Of a stretch of DNA of 64,000 bases, positions 16,731 through 26,692 are shown piece after piece. The position numbers were made by a program, and so were the translations under genes. The DNA comes from Desulfarculales bacterium (GTDB taxonomy: Bacteria > Desulfobacterota > Desulfarculia > Desulfarculales > Desulfarculaceae), in contig JAIRYI010000037.1 in assembly GCA_031267815.1 (NCBI GenBank), forward strand, positions 8,471 through 72,470. The letters are read 5' to 3'. Each line of letters begins with the position of its first letter. Within the stretch, counting starts at the first letter, position 1. The notes under the pieces were generated by a model. The model was not told the origin of the DNA. It did not search any database and was given only the letters and a program-made list of their open reading frames with translations.

Positions 16731-18272
16731 TTAGGGGGCAAGGTCGGTCATGACGGAGGTTTTGTCCAAATGCCGGGCGAAAATACGGCGCAGATAATGG
16801 GAGAGTTCGCAGCGCGTATAAACCATGCCGGGAGGCGTTTTAAGCTTGCTCAAATTCTGTCCTTTAATGTAAACCAGAAAAGGAACCAGGTCATTTTTCT
16901 CCGGACCGTGGTAGGATTGATGATCTCCATAGAGGATAACGGTGCTGCCTTCCGGCAGCGATTTGATGTATAGCCCCAGTCCTTCGTCAAAATAGTTTAC
17001 GCTCCGCCAATAGCCGTCCCATTTTTCATAAGCGGGCGTTTTGGCTTCCACACTGGCGTGCATGGTAACGGTGATGAGGAAATGCAGGTAACGGTCCTTG
17101 CCTTTGGCATAATCCGCGGCAAATTTCATCAGATCATAATCGGCTATATTATATTCGAACAGCCCCGGAGTAACCTGATAACCTTGTTCTTTAATCTGTT
17201 CAAAGAAAAAATTGCTGTCAAAACCCATCTTGGGATAAGCGTAGCGGCGGTTCATATAAGCGCCGGCAACCCCATGAACAAGGGAGGTCTCGTAACCAGC
17301 GGATTTTAAAGGCAGGGCAATACTGTCACTGTATTTGTTGAGATATTCAAAATATAAAAAGAATGCCCTGGCAATCCTGCTGTTGAGCATTTCATATTCC
17401 GAATTGGCGGAAACAAAATGTTTCATCCCATCCAGTTTAAGCACAAGAGAACGCCGGGCCATGGCATTTAAATTGGGGGCCACTTCCTTGCCGTTAATTT
17501 TTTTGTAGAGCGCCGCCCAATCCAGGCTTTCCACCTGAATCATGCTGATCCGGCCGGATATGTCAGGCAAAGGCAGAGGCATAACAGAGTCAGGGTTACA
17601 GCCGATTTCCGCATACACCTCCTGGTAATTGAAGGGCACATCATAATAATATTCCTGAAGCCAGGTAAAGAGAAAACCCCGGTAACGCAGATGATTTAAA
17701 ATCGAATTTTCCAACACCTCGGGAGGATTGGGCTTTAAAATGTCCATCCGCCCCTTGATATAATCATAGGAATAGCATCCGCCCAGCACCGCCAGAGCGG
17801 TGACCGACACGCCCAGGCGCCAGACCCGGCCCATTACCGGTTTGCGCCTCCACAGCCAGCATTTGCACAACATCAACAACAAAAGGACAGATCCGCCTTC
17901 TTTGTCAAGATAACTCCAGGCAAACTCGTTGGTCTGCTCAACCATGTTCAGGCCGTTTACCATGGCGCTCAAGGTGGGGGGCAGGTCCAGACTGGCAACA
18001 TAGCTCAGGATGAAAACTCCCGCCAGCAATTGCAAAACAAAAACCGCATAGACGGTAACTCGCGGCAAGAGTACAATAATCATAAAAGCCGCAGCCAGAT
18101 CCATTAGCAACAGGCGTTGCATGAAATCATACTCCCATGATTTCATAAGACCGTCGCTCAAAGAGCAGGCCTGGACATAATATGCCTCCAGCGCCATTAT
18201 AAAAGCCAGGAGGATAAAAACCGTTCCCGCCGGCCAAGCAAATCTTTTAGATATCATGACATTCAGCCCCAA
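16731..18272 (-). CDS. LTA-synthase/sulfatase-family membrane protein (alkaline-phosphatase superfamily)
   Basis: About five N-terminal TM helices. The extracytoplasmic domain has ISMIQVESLD, SANSEYEMLNS and ILYGDHQSYHG, matching LtaS/sulfatase motifs. ATG at 18257 (MISKRF) is an alternative start. Confidence 0.7.
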   Translation of the reverse strand: MGLNVMISKRFAWPAGTVFILLAFIMALEAYYVQACSLSDGLMKSWEYDFMQRLLLMDLAAAFMIIVLLPRVTVYAVFVLQLLAGVFILSYVASLDLPPTLSAMVNGLNMVEQTNEFAWSYLDKEGGSVLLLLMLCKCWLWRRKPVMGRVWRLGVSVTALAVLGGCYSYDYIKGRMDILKPNPPEVLENSILNHLRYRGFLFTWLQEYYYDVPFNYQEVYAEIGCNPDSVMPLPLPDISGRISMIQVESLDWAALYKKINGKEVAPNLNAMARRSLVLKLDGMKHFVSANSEYEMLNSRIARAFFLYFEYLNKYSDSIALPLKSAGYETSLVHGVAGAYMNRRYAYPKMGFDSNFFFEQIKEQGYQVTPGLFEYNIADYDLMKFAADYAKGKDRYLHFLITVTMHASVEAKTPAYEKWDGYWRSVNYFDEGLGLYIKSLPEGSTVILYGDHQSYHGPEKNDLVPFLVYIKGQNLSKLKTPPGMVYTRCELSHYLRRIFARHLDKTSVMTDLAP

Positions 18273-18281
18273 TAATAATTA

Positions 18282-18358
18282 GAGTTCATTGCATAAATCA
18301 CCTTCCAGGTGATTTATTCACATCGCCCCCAAGCTGAAGTTTTGGACTCGTTCCCGCC
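18282..18358 (+). repeat. Family B element (hairpin + CACATCGCCCC + CTCGTTCCCGCC module)
   Basis: GAGTTCATTGCATAAATCACCTTCCAGGTGATTTAT..CACATCGCCCC matches the reverse complement of 43816..43868. CTCGTTCCCGCC is also at 6716..6727. Confidence 0.75.
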
Positions 18359-18511
18359 GCTATGGCGCGCTTTGGCGCGGGTTAAAATTTTGCCGGGAAC
18401 CCACATTTTCCAACGGCAGCCGTTTCGAGTTGCGGGAAATAATTTAATTAAGCGGACGGCTGAGATCAGATCCGCAATGAGATCCGATCGTCTAAACTGA
18501 TTGCCGGGGCG

Positions 18512-19297
18512 TCAAAATGAACCGGAAAAAGAGGCCAGCACAGGAACATGATCAGATGGCTTGTCCTCTCCTCTCAAGTCTTTGGCTATCCAGCATGCGG
18601 TACAATGCTCCAGCACCGGTTTACTGACTAAAAAATGGTCAATTCTCCACCCCAAATCCCGTTTGAAGCCGTTAGGCGCCCGATAATCCCAAAAACTGAA
18701 CTGGCGCGCCCGGGGATTTTTTGTTCGGAATAAATCATAAAGCCGGCATTTATCCATAACTTCGCCCAACGCGGCCTGTTCCTCAGGATGAAAGCCCACC
18801 TGGCCTTTAAGTTTTACAGGGTCGTATACATCAATATCATGAGGCGCCACATTAATGTCTCCCAACCAGATTAACGCGTCTCCGGGTTGATGGCGGGATT
18901 GGATATAGTCGCCTATAGCCTCTATAAATCTTAATTTTTCCGTAAACATGGGATCAGCGGCGGAGCGCCCTTGCGGGACATAGCTATTTAAAATCCACAG
19001 GTTGGCAAAACGGGCGGCGATAAAGCGCGCGCCCAGATGTTCCCGGCCGGGCAAGCCCCGCACCAGATCATCAGGCGGAATACGGCTTATTATCGCTACG
19101 CCGTTGAACGACTTTTCTCCCTGACAACTGACAGTAAATCCTCTCTCCTCAAAGAACGGGAAAGGAAAATCCTCTTCCCTAGCTTTGATTTCCTGCAGAG
19201 CCAGTATCTGTATACCCGGTTCGCCGTCAAGCCAGGCCAGCAAAGGAGCCAGCCGGGCCCGTATGCCGTTCACATTAAATGTAGCTATCTTCTCCAC
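18512..19297 (-). CDS. xth: Exodeoxyribonuclease III
   Basis: MEKIATFNVNGIRAR, LALQEIK, GDINVAP, DHVPV: the EEP/ExoIII motif series. Confidence 0.92.
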   Translation of the reverse strand: MEKIATFNVNGIRARLAPLLAWLDGEPGIQILALQEIKAREEDFPFPFFEERGFTVSCQGEKSFNGVAIISRIPPDDLVRGLPGREHLGARFIAARFANLWILNSYVPQGRSAADPMFTEKLRFIEAIGDYIQSRHQPGDALIWLGDINVAPHDIDVYDPVKLKGQVGFHPEEQAALGEVMDKCRLYDLFRTKNPRARQFSFWDYRAPNGFKRDLGWRIDHFLVSKPVLEHCTACWIAKDLRGEDKPSDHVPVLASFSGSF

Positions 19298-19317
19298 TTT
19301 TAAATAATACCTTATTT

Positions 19318-21675
19318 TCAGTTTATTTCTTTGCCGGACGCCGGCCCGCCAAAGACCCGGCGCAGCACCTCCCGCAGTTCATGGCGGTTCAGAGGTTTGG
19401 AGAGATAGTCGTTCATGCCTGTCTGCAAAAATTTTTCTCTGTCGCCGGTTAGAGCGTGCGCGGTGAGCGCGATTATGGGAATAAGGGAAAATTGCCGTAA
19501 TTCATGAGAATTGCGGATTATCCGGGTGGCCTCCATACCGTCCATCAGTGGCATCTGAATATCCATTAAAATACCGTCCAGATCGGGATGTTCCGTTAAA
19601 ATATCCAAGGCCTGGCGTCCGTTTTCAGCATGAACTACCCGGTGCCCCAGATGCTGAAGGAAGCGGGTGGAAGTAATCCGGTTTACCGGCTCGTCCTCAG
19701 CCAGCAGTAAAAACAGATTTTCCGGGTCACGCGCCTGCTCCAATTCTCCGTCCGCCGGTTTGGCAATCCCCTGATCAGCAATAATCGTGAAAGGGAGCAA
19801 CACCGTCATAGTTGTTCCCTTCCCTTCTTGGCTGGTCATGCTTATTTCTCCCCGCATCAGCTCGACCAGGCGGCGCACAATGGTCAACCCCAGACCGGTT
19901 CCGCCGTATTTGCGGGTGGTGGCGCCGTCAGCCTGGGTAAAACTTTCAAAAATTTTATCCAGCTTGTCAGAGGCAATGCCGATACCGGTGTCTCTGACCA
20001 CAAATCTTGTCCGGCAAAAATCCTGTTCTGCCGCTTCCCGCCCCTCCCGGCTGATCTGAAGTTCAACCCGGCCCTGGCTGGTAAATTTTATGGCATTGCC
20101 AATCAGATTAAAAATGATTTGCCGCACCCGCACTTCATCACCCAGGAGACAGACAGGCACATCATCTTCAATATGCAGCACAAATTCAATTCCTTTGCCG
20201 CCGGCCTCGGGCTTGAATATGTCATAAACCGCCCGACAGCTTTCCCGCAGATTGAAAGGAACCGCCTCAATATCCAGCTTGCCCGCTTCAATTTTAGAAA
20301 AGTCCAGGATATCATTGATAATCCGCAACAAATTGCGTCCTGAATAAATAGCCGTATCAAGGCTTTCCTTCTGTTCTCTGTTCAATTCACTTAGCTGCAT
20401 GATTTGCAGCATGCCCAATACCCCGTTCAAAGGCGTCCTGAGTTCATGGCTCATGTTGGCTAAAAATTCACTTTTCGCCCTGTTCGCGTCTTCAGCTCTG
20501 TCTTTTGCCTCCACCAGATCCCCGGTGCGCTGCTGCAAAGCTGTAGCCATTTCGTCCAAAGCGGTTCCCACCGCTCCCAGTTCGCTTTTCTGTTCACCCA
20601 TATCCGCCCGGGCGTTAAAATCTCCCTCGGTCAGGGAACGGGCGGTATTAACCAACCGGTTGACCCCAGGCATAATTATAAAATTGCTGACCAGAAAAAC
20701 TGTACCCAGAGCCAGAAGCAAGGCCAAACCCAACAGCGACAGCGAAAAATACATCTCCTGCCGGGCCGCGCCATAAACCTCACCTTCCGGTATGGCTAAA
20801 ATCACATTCAAATACGGCCACTCGCTGCTGGAAAGACGTAACCGCTGATAAGCGACAATTATAGTCTTGCCGTCAAAATCCAGAGTGTTGAAAATCCCCC
20901 GGTCATCATACATCACTTCAAGATCCTGCCATAATTTATCAGGCAGCTTGTCCCCGGGAACAAACCTGCCCTGACCGGAAACAGAATATATTATCCGGCC
21001 GCTTCTGTCGGTAAGGCATAAATTGCCATCCCCGCTCAAATCAGAGCCGGCAAAATAGCGGCTGTAAAGCGCTGAACTGGTGGAAGCCACCACTATAGCC
21101 TCCATCTGCCCCAGACTGTCCATGATTGGATAACTGAAATGCAGGGACTGGACTTTTTCTCCGCCCAGACCGCCCATTGAATCGCCTACGCTGAAAGCGC
21201 GGGCCCGGCGCGCCTCTCTGAAAAAACGCCGGGAACTTATATCAGTTAATTCCTCGGGCAGACCAACAGCGGAATTTATAAGCCTGCCCTGGAGATCAAC
21301 TACAAACAGATTATCATAAAGAGGGTACTGGCTGAGAACATTTTTCAGAAAATCGGCGCTGACGCTCTTGTTGCCATCCAGCAATGCAGGCAATTGCGAC
21401 AGGGTCATGAGCAGAATTTTCGTGTTTTCGGAAATAATCCGCTGCTGGGTGCTAATATTATGTACCGCGGTTATGGCGTTGCCCTGGGCTGACTCAATGG
21501 CCTGGGCGCTGCGTAATATGCTGGAATACACAAGAATGCACAGAGACGGCAGCATGGCCGATATAACCAACAGATAAAAAAGGCGTCTGATGGATCCTGT
21601 AAAAAACCTTTTAAATGGAATGGATATCATTTTGCCGTAAAAAGCTTCTCCTTTTTGGGCTGGGTATAATTCCAA
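19318..21675 (-). CDS. Hybrid sensor histidine kinase (Cache-like sensor, HAMP, HisKA, HATPase_c, REC)
   Basis: TM helix, periplasmic domain, second TM helix, then HAMP. H-box [18 protein letters not shown]-boxes DTGIGI/GGTGLGL, receiver LLLAEDEPVNR...MDIQMPLMDG...K. Confidence 0.9.
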   Translation of the reverse strand: MELYPAQKGEAFYGKMISIPFKRFFTGSIRRLFYLLVISAMLPSLCILVYSSILRSAQAIESAQGNAITAVHNISTQQRIISENTKILLMTLSQLPALLDGNKSVSADFLKNVLSQYPLYDNLFVVDLQGRLINSAVGLPEELTDISSRRFFREARRARAFSVGDSMGGLGGEKVQSLHFSYPIMDSLGQMEAIVVASTSSALYSRYFAGSDLSGDGNLCLTDRSGRIIYSVSGQGRFVPGDKLPDKLWQDLEVMYDDRGIFNTLDFDGKTIIVAYQRLRLSSSEWPYLNVILAIPEGEVYGAARQEMYFSLSLLGLALLLALGTVFLVSNFIIMPGVNRLVNTARSLTEGDFNARADMGEQKSELGAVGTALDEMATALQQRTGDLVEAKDRAEDANRAKSEFLANMSHELRTPLNGVLGMLQIMQLSELNREQKESLDTAIYSGRNLLRIINDILDFSKIEAGKLDIEAVPFNLRESCRAVYDIFKPEAGGKGIEFVLHIEDDVPVCLLGDEVRVRQIIFNLIGNAIKFTSQGRVELQISREGREAAEQDFCRTRFVVRDTGIGIASDKLDKIFESFTQADGATTRKYGGTGLGLTIVRRLVELMRGEISMTSQEGKGTTMTVLLPFTIIADQGIAKPADGELEQARDPENLFLLLAEDEPVNRITSTRFLQHLGHRVVHAENGRQALDILTEHPDLDGILMDIQMPLMDGMEATRIIRNSHELRQFSLIPIIALTAHALTGDREKFLQTGMNDYLSKPLNRHELREVLRRVFGGPASGKEIN

Positions 21676-21829
21676 ACATCAACTATAATAAAATTAAGAT
21701 ATGCTAAAAAAAACAGTTAGTCCATAGCCGATATGACAGCACGCTACAACTTCATAGAATTTTTACTTTTATATTATATTGCAATCTGCAATCAAATTTA
21801 TGTAATTGAACGGAGATGAGGATTTTATC

Positions 21830-22621
21830 ATGACCGGGGCCATGGCTGACGTACAGAAACAACCTGACCACCGCAATCTGGCCATAGACAAAGTGGGAGT
21901 AAAAGATATACGCTATCCTGTAACGGTCATGGATCGCGCCCAGGGCAGCCAGCAGACGGTGGCCGCGGTCAATATGTATGTGGATCTTCCCCATCACTAT
22001 AAAGGCACCCATATGAGCCGTTTCATTGAGGTATTGAACCGGCACTCTCAGGATATCAATCTTAAAAATTTACACAGTCTTTTGGAAGACATGAAAAGCA
22101 GCCTGGAAGCGGGACGGGCTCATATTGAGATAAGTTTTCCCTATTTTATTGACAAGCGCGCTCCTGTCAGTCAGGCCAGGGCTTTAATGGAATACATGGT
22201 CACTTATCGGGCCAGTCTGGAAAATCATCTGGATCTGGTGGTGGAAATTAAAGTTCCAGTAACCACTCTGTGTCCCTGCTCCAAAGAAATAAGTTCCGCG
22301 GGAGCTCACAACCAGCGGGGAATAGTACGCTTGGCCGTACGTATCACCCGCTTTATCTGGATAGAAGATATGATATCTTTAGTTGAAGAATCAGCTAGCT
22401 GCCAGATATATTCGCTTTTAAAACGCGCTGATGAAAAATTTGTAACTGAAACAGCCTATGCTAATCCCAGGTTTGTGGAGGATATTGTCCGCGAAATATG
22501 CCTCAAACTCGAACACTATCCCGCTGTCACCTGGTTTTCCGTAGAAGCCGAAAATATGGAATCCATTCACAATCATTCGGCTTACGCTTTTATTGAAAGG
22601 CACAAAAATGGGGGATATTAA
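21830..22621 (+). CDS. folE2: GTP cyclohydrolase IB (FolE2/MptA family)
   Basis: QPDHRNLAIDKVGVKDIRYPV, GTHMSRF, TTLCPCSKEIS..GAHNQRG are FolE2 signatures. ATG 21830 follows GAGGA (21818-21822) by 7 nt. The track ORF starts at TTG 21806. Confidence 0.88.
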   Translation: MTGAMADVQKQPDHRNLAIDKVGVKDIRYPVTVMDRAQGSQQTVAAVNMYVDLPHHYKGTHMSRFIEVLNRHSQDINLKNLHSLLEDMKSSLEAGRAHIEISFPYFIDKRAPVSQARALMEYMVTYRASLENHLDLVVEIKVPVTTLCPCSKEISSAGAHNQRGIVRLAVRITRFIWIEDMISLVEESASCQIYSLLKRADEKFVTETAYANPRFVEDIVREICLKLEHYPAVTWFSVEAENMESIHNHSAYAFIERHKNGGY

Positions 22622-23891
22622 AGCCCAGTACAGCACGCTGGCCGATGATCACTTCCCGGCCACAATGACCATAACCTTGGGAGAGACTACTCTTACCTAC
22701 CGCAAACGTATGTGGAAATTGCCGGCCGGCAACGGCGGGACGGAGGAAAAAGGGTTGCGTTACGGGGAAAATCCGGGCCAGGAAGCCGCTCTTTATCAAC
22801 TTACCGGCGGCAATCTCAGTTTGGGGAAAGTGGAACTTATCCGGCCAGGCCAGGGCATTATCAGCGCATTAAGTGAGGCGGATATGCTCCAGTCCGGCAA
22901 GCATCCCGGTAAAACCAATCTCACTGATGTTGATAACGCTCTAAATATATTGCGTTATATTAAAGAACAGCCGGCCGCGGCCATCATGAAGCACAACAAT
23001 CCCTCTGGGGTAGCCTTAGGCGCAAACATTGACAACGCTTATGAACGGGCTTTTATGGCGGATATGGTAGCCGCCTTTGGCGGCGCGGCGGTACTTAACC
23101 GCCCGGTAAACAAAAGCACCGCCCAAATGATGGGAGAACTGTATTTGGAAGTGGTGGCCGCCCCTGATTATGAGGAAGGCTGTTTAGATATTTTGTCCAA
23201 ATGGAAAAATCTGCGTATTCTACGCATCCCCGCCCTGGAGCGCATCTACGAATATCGTGACATGCGCTTTCTGGATATAAAAAATTTAATGGACGGAGGC
23301 CTGATCGTTCAGATCAGTTCTTTGAATTCCATTCGTTCTCCTGAAGATTTTCTGCCTGCCCAGGCCAGACGCCAAAACATCCTTTACACTATAAACCGCC
23401 GGCCAAGCGAGGAAGAACTGAAAGATGGAGTGCTGGGCTGGGCGGTGGAGCAGGCGGTAACCAGCAATAGCGTGCTTTTTGTCAAAAACGGATGCACGGT
23501 GAGCGTGGGGGCGGGCCAGCAGGACAGAGTGGGGGTAGCCCAACTGGCTGTAGAACGGGCGTATGAAAAATACATGAACCGCCTGGCCTGGCATTACAGC
23601 CGCCTGAACCTGAATGAGCTTAAAAGAGCGGTGGCTGAAGGCAGGCAGAGAGGATATCTGCTGAACCAGATAGAAGAGGAAACCACAAAAGTAAAAGCGG
23701 GGCTGACGGGATCCGTCATGGTCAGCGACGCCTTCTTTCCTTTCCGCGACGGAGCGGAAATAGGTCTGGAGCAGGGGGCCGGCCTCATAGTCCAGCCGGG
23801 CGGAGCCATCCGTGACTGGGAGATCATCCAGGCCTGCAATGAAGCAGGCGCCGCCATGGTTTTCACCGGACAGAGAGCTTTTAAACATTGA
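22608..23891 (+). CDS. AICAR-transformylase-type protein (PurH C-terminal domain only, no MGS/IMP-cyclohydrolase domain)
   Basis: LRYGENPGQEAALY, KHNNPSGVA, VAPDYEE, GAGQQDRV, SDAFFPFRDG, VQPGGAIRD are AICARFT motifs. ATG 22608 overlaps the folE2 stop by 14 nt. Confidence 0.85.
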   Translation: MGDIKAQYSTLADDHFPATMTITLGETTLTYRKRMWKLPAGNGGTEEKGLRYGENPGQEAALYQLTGGNLSLGKVELIRPGQGIISALSEADMLQSGKHPGKTNLTDVDNALNILRYIKEQPAAAIMKHNNPSGVALGANIDNAYERAFMADMVAAFGGAAVLNRPVNKSTAQMMGELYLEVVAAPDYEEGCLDILSKWKNLRILRIPALERIYEYRDMRFLDIKNLMDGGLIVQISSLNSIRSPEDFLPAQARRQNILYTINRRPSEEELKDGVLGWAVEQAVTSNSVLFVKNGCTVSVGAGQQDRVGVAQLAVERAYEKYMNRLAWHYSRLNLNELKRAVAEGRQRGYLLNQIEEETTKVKAGLTGSVMVSDAFFPFRDGAEIGLEQGAGLIVQPGGAIRDWEIIQACNEAGAAMVFTGQRAFKH

Positions 23892-23977
23892 GATCTGCCG
23901 CATAGTTAATCCCGAGCTGACGCCATGGACGGCAATTTGCAACAGGTCTCACATTATTTGCCAATAGTGACAATATG

Positions 23978-24006
23978 TTGCAATAAACGATAAATAACAA
24001 TATAAT
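23978..24006 (+). promoter_or_regulatory. sigma70-type promoter for glgP
   Basis: TTGCAA, 17-nt spacer, TATAAT, located 65 nt upstream of GTG 24071. GGAGG lies at 24059-24063. Confidence 0.6.
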
Positions 24007-24070
24007 AGATAACGGTTGCCGCCGCGGCGACTGTTTTTATCAACTGCCTTTACACTATGGAGGTGTTCAA

Positions 24071-26626
24071 GTGTATCCCAGCTTAAGTGTGTTTGTTAAA
24101 CCGCATTTGCCAGATAATCTCAAGTCTCTGGAAGAATTAAGCAATAATTTATGGTTTGCCTGGAATTATGACGCCATTGACCTGTTCCAGCGCATAGACG
24201 CTGATTTATGGGTTAAAACCCAGCATAACCCCAAAGCCATGCTGAACCAGATAGATCAAGACATACTGGACGACTTAAGCAAGGATACCGGTTTTCTGGC
24301 CCAATTAGACCGCACTATGACTAAATTCAAGGCCTATATGGCGGCGCAGGGATGTCCTTTGCTGGGAGACAGAACACCGAATAATTTTAAAATAGCCTAT
24401 TTTTCCGCCGAATACGGTCTGGCGGATTGCCTGCCCATCTATTCCGGAGGGTTGGGCATGCTCAGCGGCGACCACTTAAAAAGCGCCAGCGACTTGAATC
24501 TGCCTCTGATAGGTATCGGACTAGCTTACCGCCAAGGTTATTTCACTCAGTGCCTCGGCCCCGACGGTTGGCAGCAGGAGACATACAATCCTAATGATTT
24601 CTATAATATGCCTATGGAACTGGTGCTTGACGGCAAAGGCGATGAGATCATTGTCAGTGTGGATATTGAAGGCCGCCAGTTGCATGCCAGGGCCTGGAAA
24701 ATACAAGTAGGCCGTATCCCTTTATATGTTCTTGACGCCAATATTGAAATTAATCCTCCGGATCTTCGCTCCATCACCCATCAGCTTTACGGAGGGGATA
24801 TAGAAATGCGTATCCGCCAGGAAATTTTGCTGGGCATCGGCGGAGTGCGGCTTCTGGATGCTCTCAATATTGAAGCGCGTGTATATCATATGAACGAAGG
24901 ACACAGCGCCTTTGCCTCTCTGGAACGTATCCGCCTGCTGCGGCAGCGCCACGGTTTGAGTTTTGATGAAGCGCTTGCTCTGGTAAGGTCAAGCAACTGC
25001 TTTACCACCCATACCCCGGTGCCGGCGGGCAACGACTATTTCAGCGCTGATCTTATCCAACGCCATTTTAATGATTATATGCATGAACTGGGCATCAGCA
25101 TGCCCGTACTCATGGCGTATGGCCGGGTCGATCCCCATGACCAGCAGGCTTTATTTTGCATGACTGTGCTGGCTTTGCGTTTTTCCACTTACAACAATGG
25201 GGTCAGCCGCCTGCACGGCGAAGTCAGCCGTCATATGTGGAAGGATGTATGGCCCAACTTCCCTCTGGAAGATATACCTATTACTTCCGTCACCAACGGA
25301 GTGCATATTCCCAGCTGGATATCCGGTGAAATGGTCTACCTCTACAATCGCTATTTAGGCGCGGCATGGACGGAAGAACATGATTCGCGAACCATCTGGC
25401 AAAAAGCCGCGCGTATTCCTGACTCGGAATTATGGCGGGCCAGAGAGCGGCGCCGGGCCAGCTTAATTACTTATGTGCGCGATTATCTGTCCGCTCAGCT
25501 TATGCGCCAAGGCGCGGGAGCTGAATTAATCCACCAAGCCGGTGAAGTGCTGGACGCCCGGGTGCTGACTATTGTATTTGCCCGCCGTTTTGCCACTTAC
25601 AAACGCGCGGTTATGCTTATGGAAGATTTGGACCGCCTGGACCTCATCTTAAATAATCCCGAGCGCCCGGTACAGATTATTTTTGCCGGCAAGGCCCATC
25701 CCCAGGATAATGAAGGGAAAGCCTTTATACGTACAGTAGTTGAGACATGCCGCAACCCACGTTTCCGTAACCGTATGGTATTCTTGGAAAACTATGATAT
25801 TAACGTAGCCCGCTATCTGGTTCAGGGCGCCGATGTATGGCTTAATAACCCCAGAAGGCCCCTGGAAGCATGCGGCACCAGCGGCATGAAAGCCGCGGCC
25901 AACGGCTGCCTGAACTTAAGCATTTTAGACGGATGGTGGGATGAGGGATATGAGCCGGGATTAGGCTGGGCCATTGGTTCCAGAGATATGAATGACGATC
26001 ACGATCTGCAGGATAAAATGGACGCCTATGCTCTTTACCGTATTCTGGAACATGAGGTTGTGCCTCTGTTTTATGACCGCCCCGACGGTGATATGCCCCG
26101 CCGCTGGCTGGCTTATATAAAACAAAATCTGAGCAAACTGGTCCCTGTGTTCAACACTCATCGCATGCTGGAAGATTATACCAATCTATTCTATATGCCG
26201 GCCGCTGCCAGCATGAACAGCCTGATTGCCGACAACTTCAAACTTGACCGCCAGGTAGGCGCCTGGGGCCATAAAATTATGGAAAATTGGGGGCAAGTGG
26301 AAGTATCTGAAATCATTGGCCCGGACAATGGCAACTTCCTCTGGGGGGAGAAGATCGAAATAAAAACCAAGATTAAACTTGCCTCCCTGTCTCCTGATGA
26401 TGTGCGCTGCGAAATATATTACGGATTGTTGAATGCCGGCGGAAACTTTGCCAACCGCCAGACTGTCGCCATGACTCCCGAAAAGAAAGAAGGTGACGCC
26501 TGGTGGTATAAAGGCAGCATAACCTGCGAAAACAATGGCCGTCTGGGGATAAAAATCAGAGTAACGCCCTTCTTTATGGGTACCCTTTCCCAACATGCCA
26601 TCGGCTTGGTAGCCTGGAGTAAATAG
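24071..26626 (+). CDS. glgP: Alpha-glucan phosphorylase (GT35, GlgP family)
   Basis: 851 aa. Motifs include YFSAEYGL, GGLGMLSGDHLKSASD, HMNEGH, TNGVH, FARRFATYKR, ACGTSGMKAAANG (PLP Lys region). Confidence 0.92.
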   Translation: MYPSLSVFVKPHLPDNLKSLEELSNNLWFAWNYDAIDLFQRIDADLWVKTQHNPKAMLNQIDQDILDDLSKDTGFLAQLDRTMTKFKAYMAAQGCPLLGDRTPNNFKIAYFSAEYGLADCLPIYSGGLGMLSGDHLKSASDLNLPLIGIGLAYRQGYFTQCLGPDGWQQETYNPNDFYNMPMELVLDGKGDEIIVSVDIEGRQLHARAWKIQVGRIPLYVLDANIEINPPDLRSITHQLYGGDIEMRIRQEILLGIGGVRLLDALNIEARVYHMNEGHSAFASLERIRLLRQRHGLSFDEALALVRSSNCFTTHTPVPAGNDYFSADLIQRHFNDYMHELGISMPVLMAYGRVDPHDQQALFCMTVLALRFSTYNNGVSRLHGEVSRHMWKDVWPNFPLEDIPITSVTNGVHIPSWISGEMVYLYNRYLGAAWTEEHDSRTIWQKAARIPDSELWRARERRRASLITYVRDYLSAQLMRQGAGAELIHQAGEVLDARVLTIVFARRFATYKRAVMLMEDLDRLDLILNNPERPVQIIFAGKAHPQDNEGKAFIRTVVETCRNPRFRNRMVFLENYDINVARYLVQGADVWLNNPRRPLEACGTSGMKAAANGCLNLSILDGWWDEGYEPGLGWAIGSRDMNDDHDLQDKMDAYALYRILEHEVVPLFYDRPDGDMPRRWLAYIKQNLSKLVPVFNTHRMLEDYTNLFYMPAAASMNSLIADNFKLDRQVGAWGHKIMENWGQVEVSEIIGPDNGNFLWGEKIEIKTKIKLASLSPDDVRCEIYYGLLNAGGNFANRQTVAMTPEKKEGDAWWYKGSITCENNGRLGIKIRVTPFFMGTLSQHAIGLVAWSK

Positions 26627-26638
26627 TATGAAAAAGCC

Positions 26639-26664
26639 GAAGCCGGCTTTTTCAGGGTCTATTA
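26639..26664. terminator. Family A hairpin / terminator after glgP
   Basis: TGAAAAAGCCG-AAGC-CGGCTTTTTCA, an 11-bp perfect stem. On the minus strand it reads GACCCTGAAAAAGCCGG..., like 3314 and 48263. Confidence 0.65.
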
Positions 26665-26692
26665 AAATAGATTAATTGGGCTTATAAACGCC

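Noticed and set aside
18347-18400. CRISPR-repeat-like string GTTCCCGCC...GCCGGGAAC
   Set aside because: It is a single inverted pair, not a series of direct repeats with spacers, and no cas genes are present.
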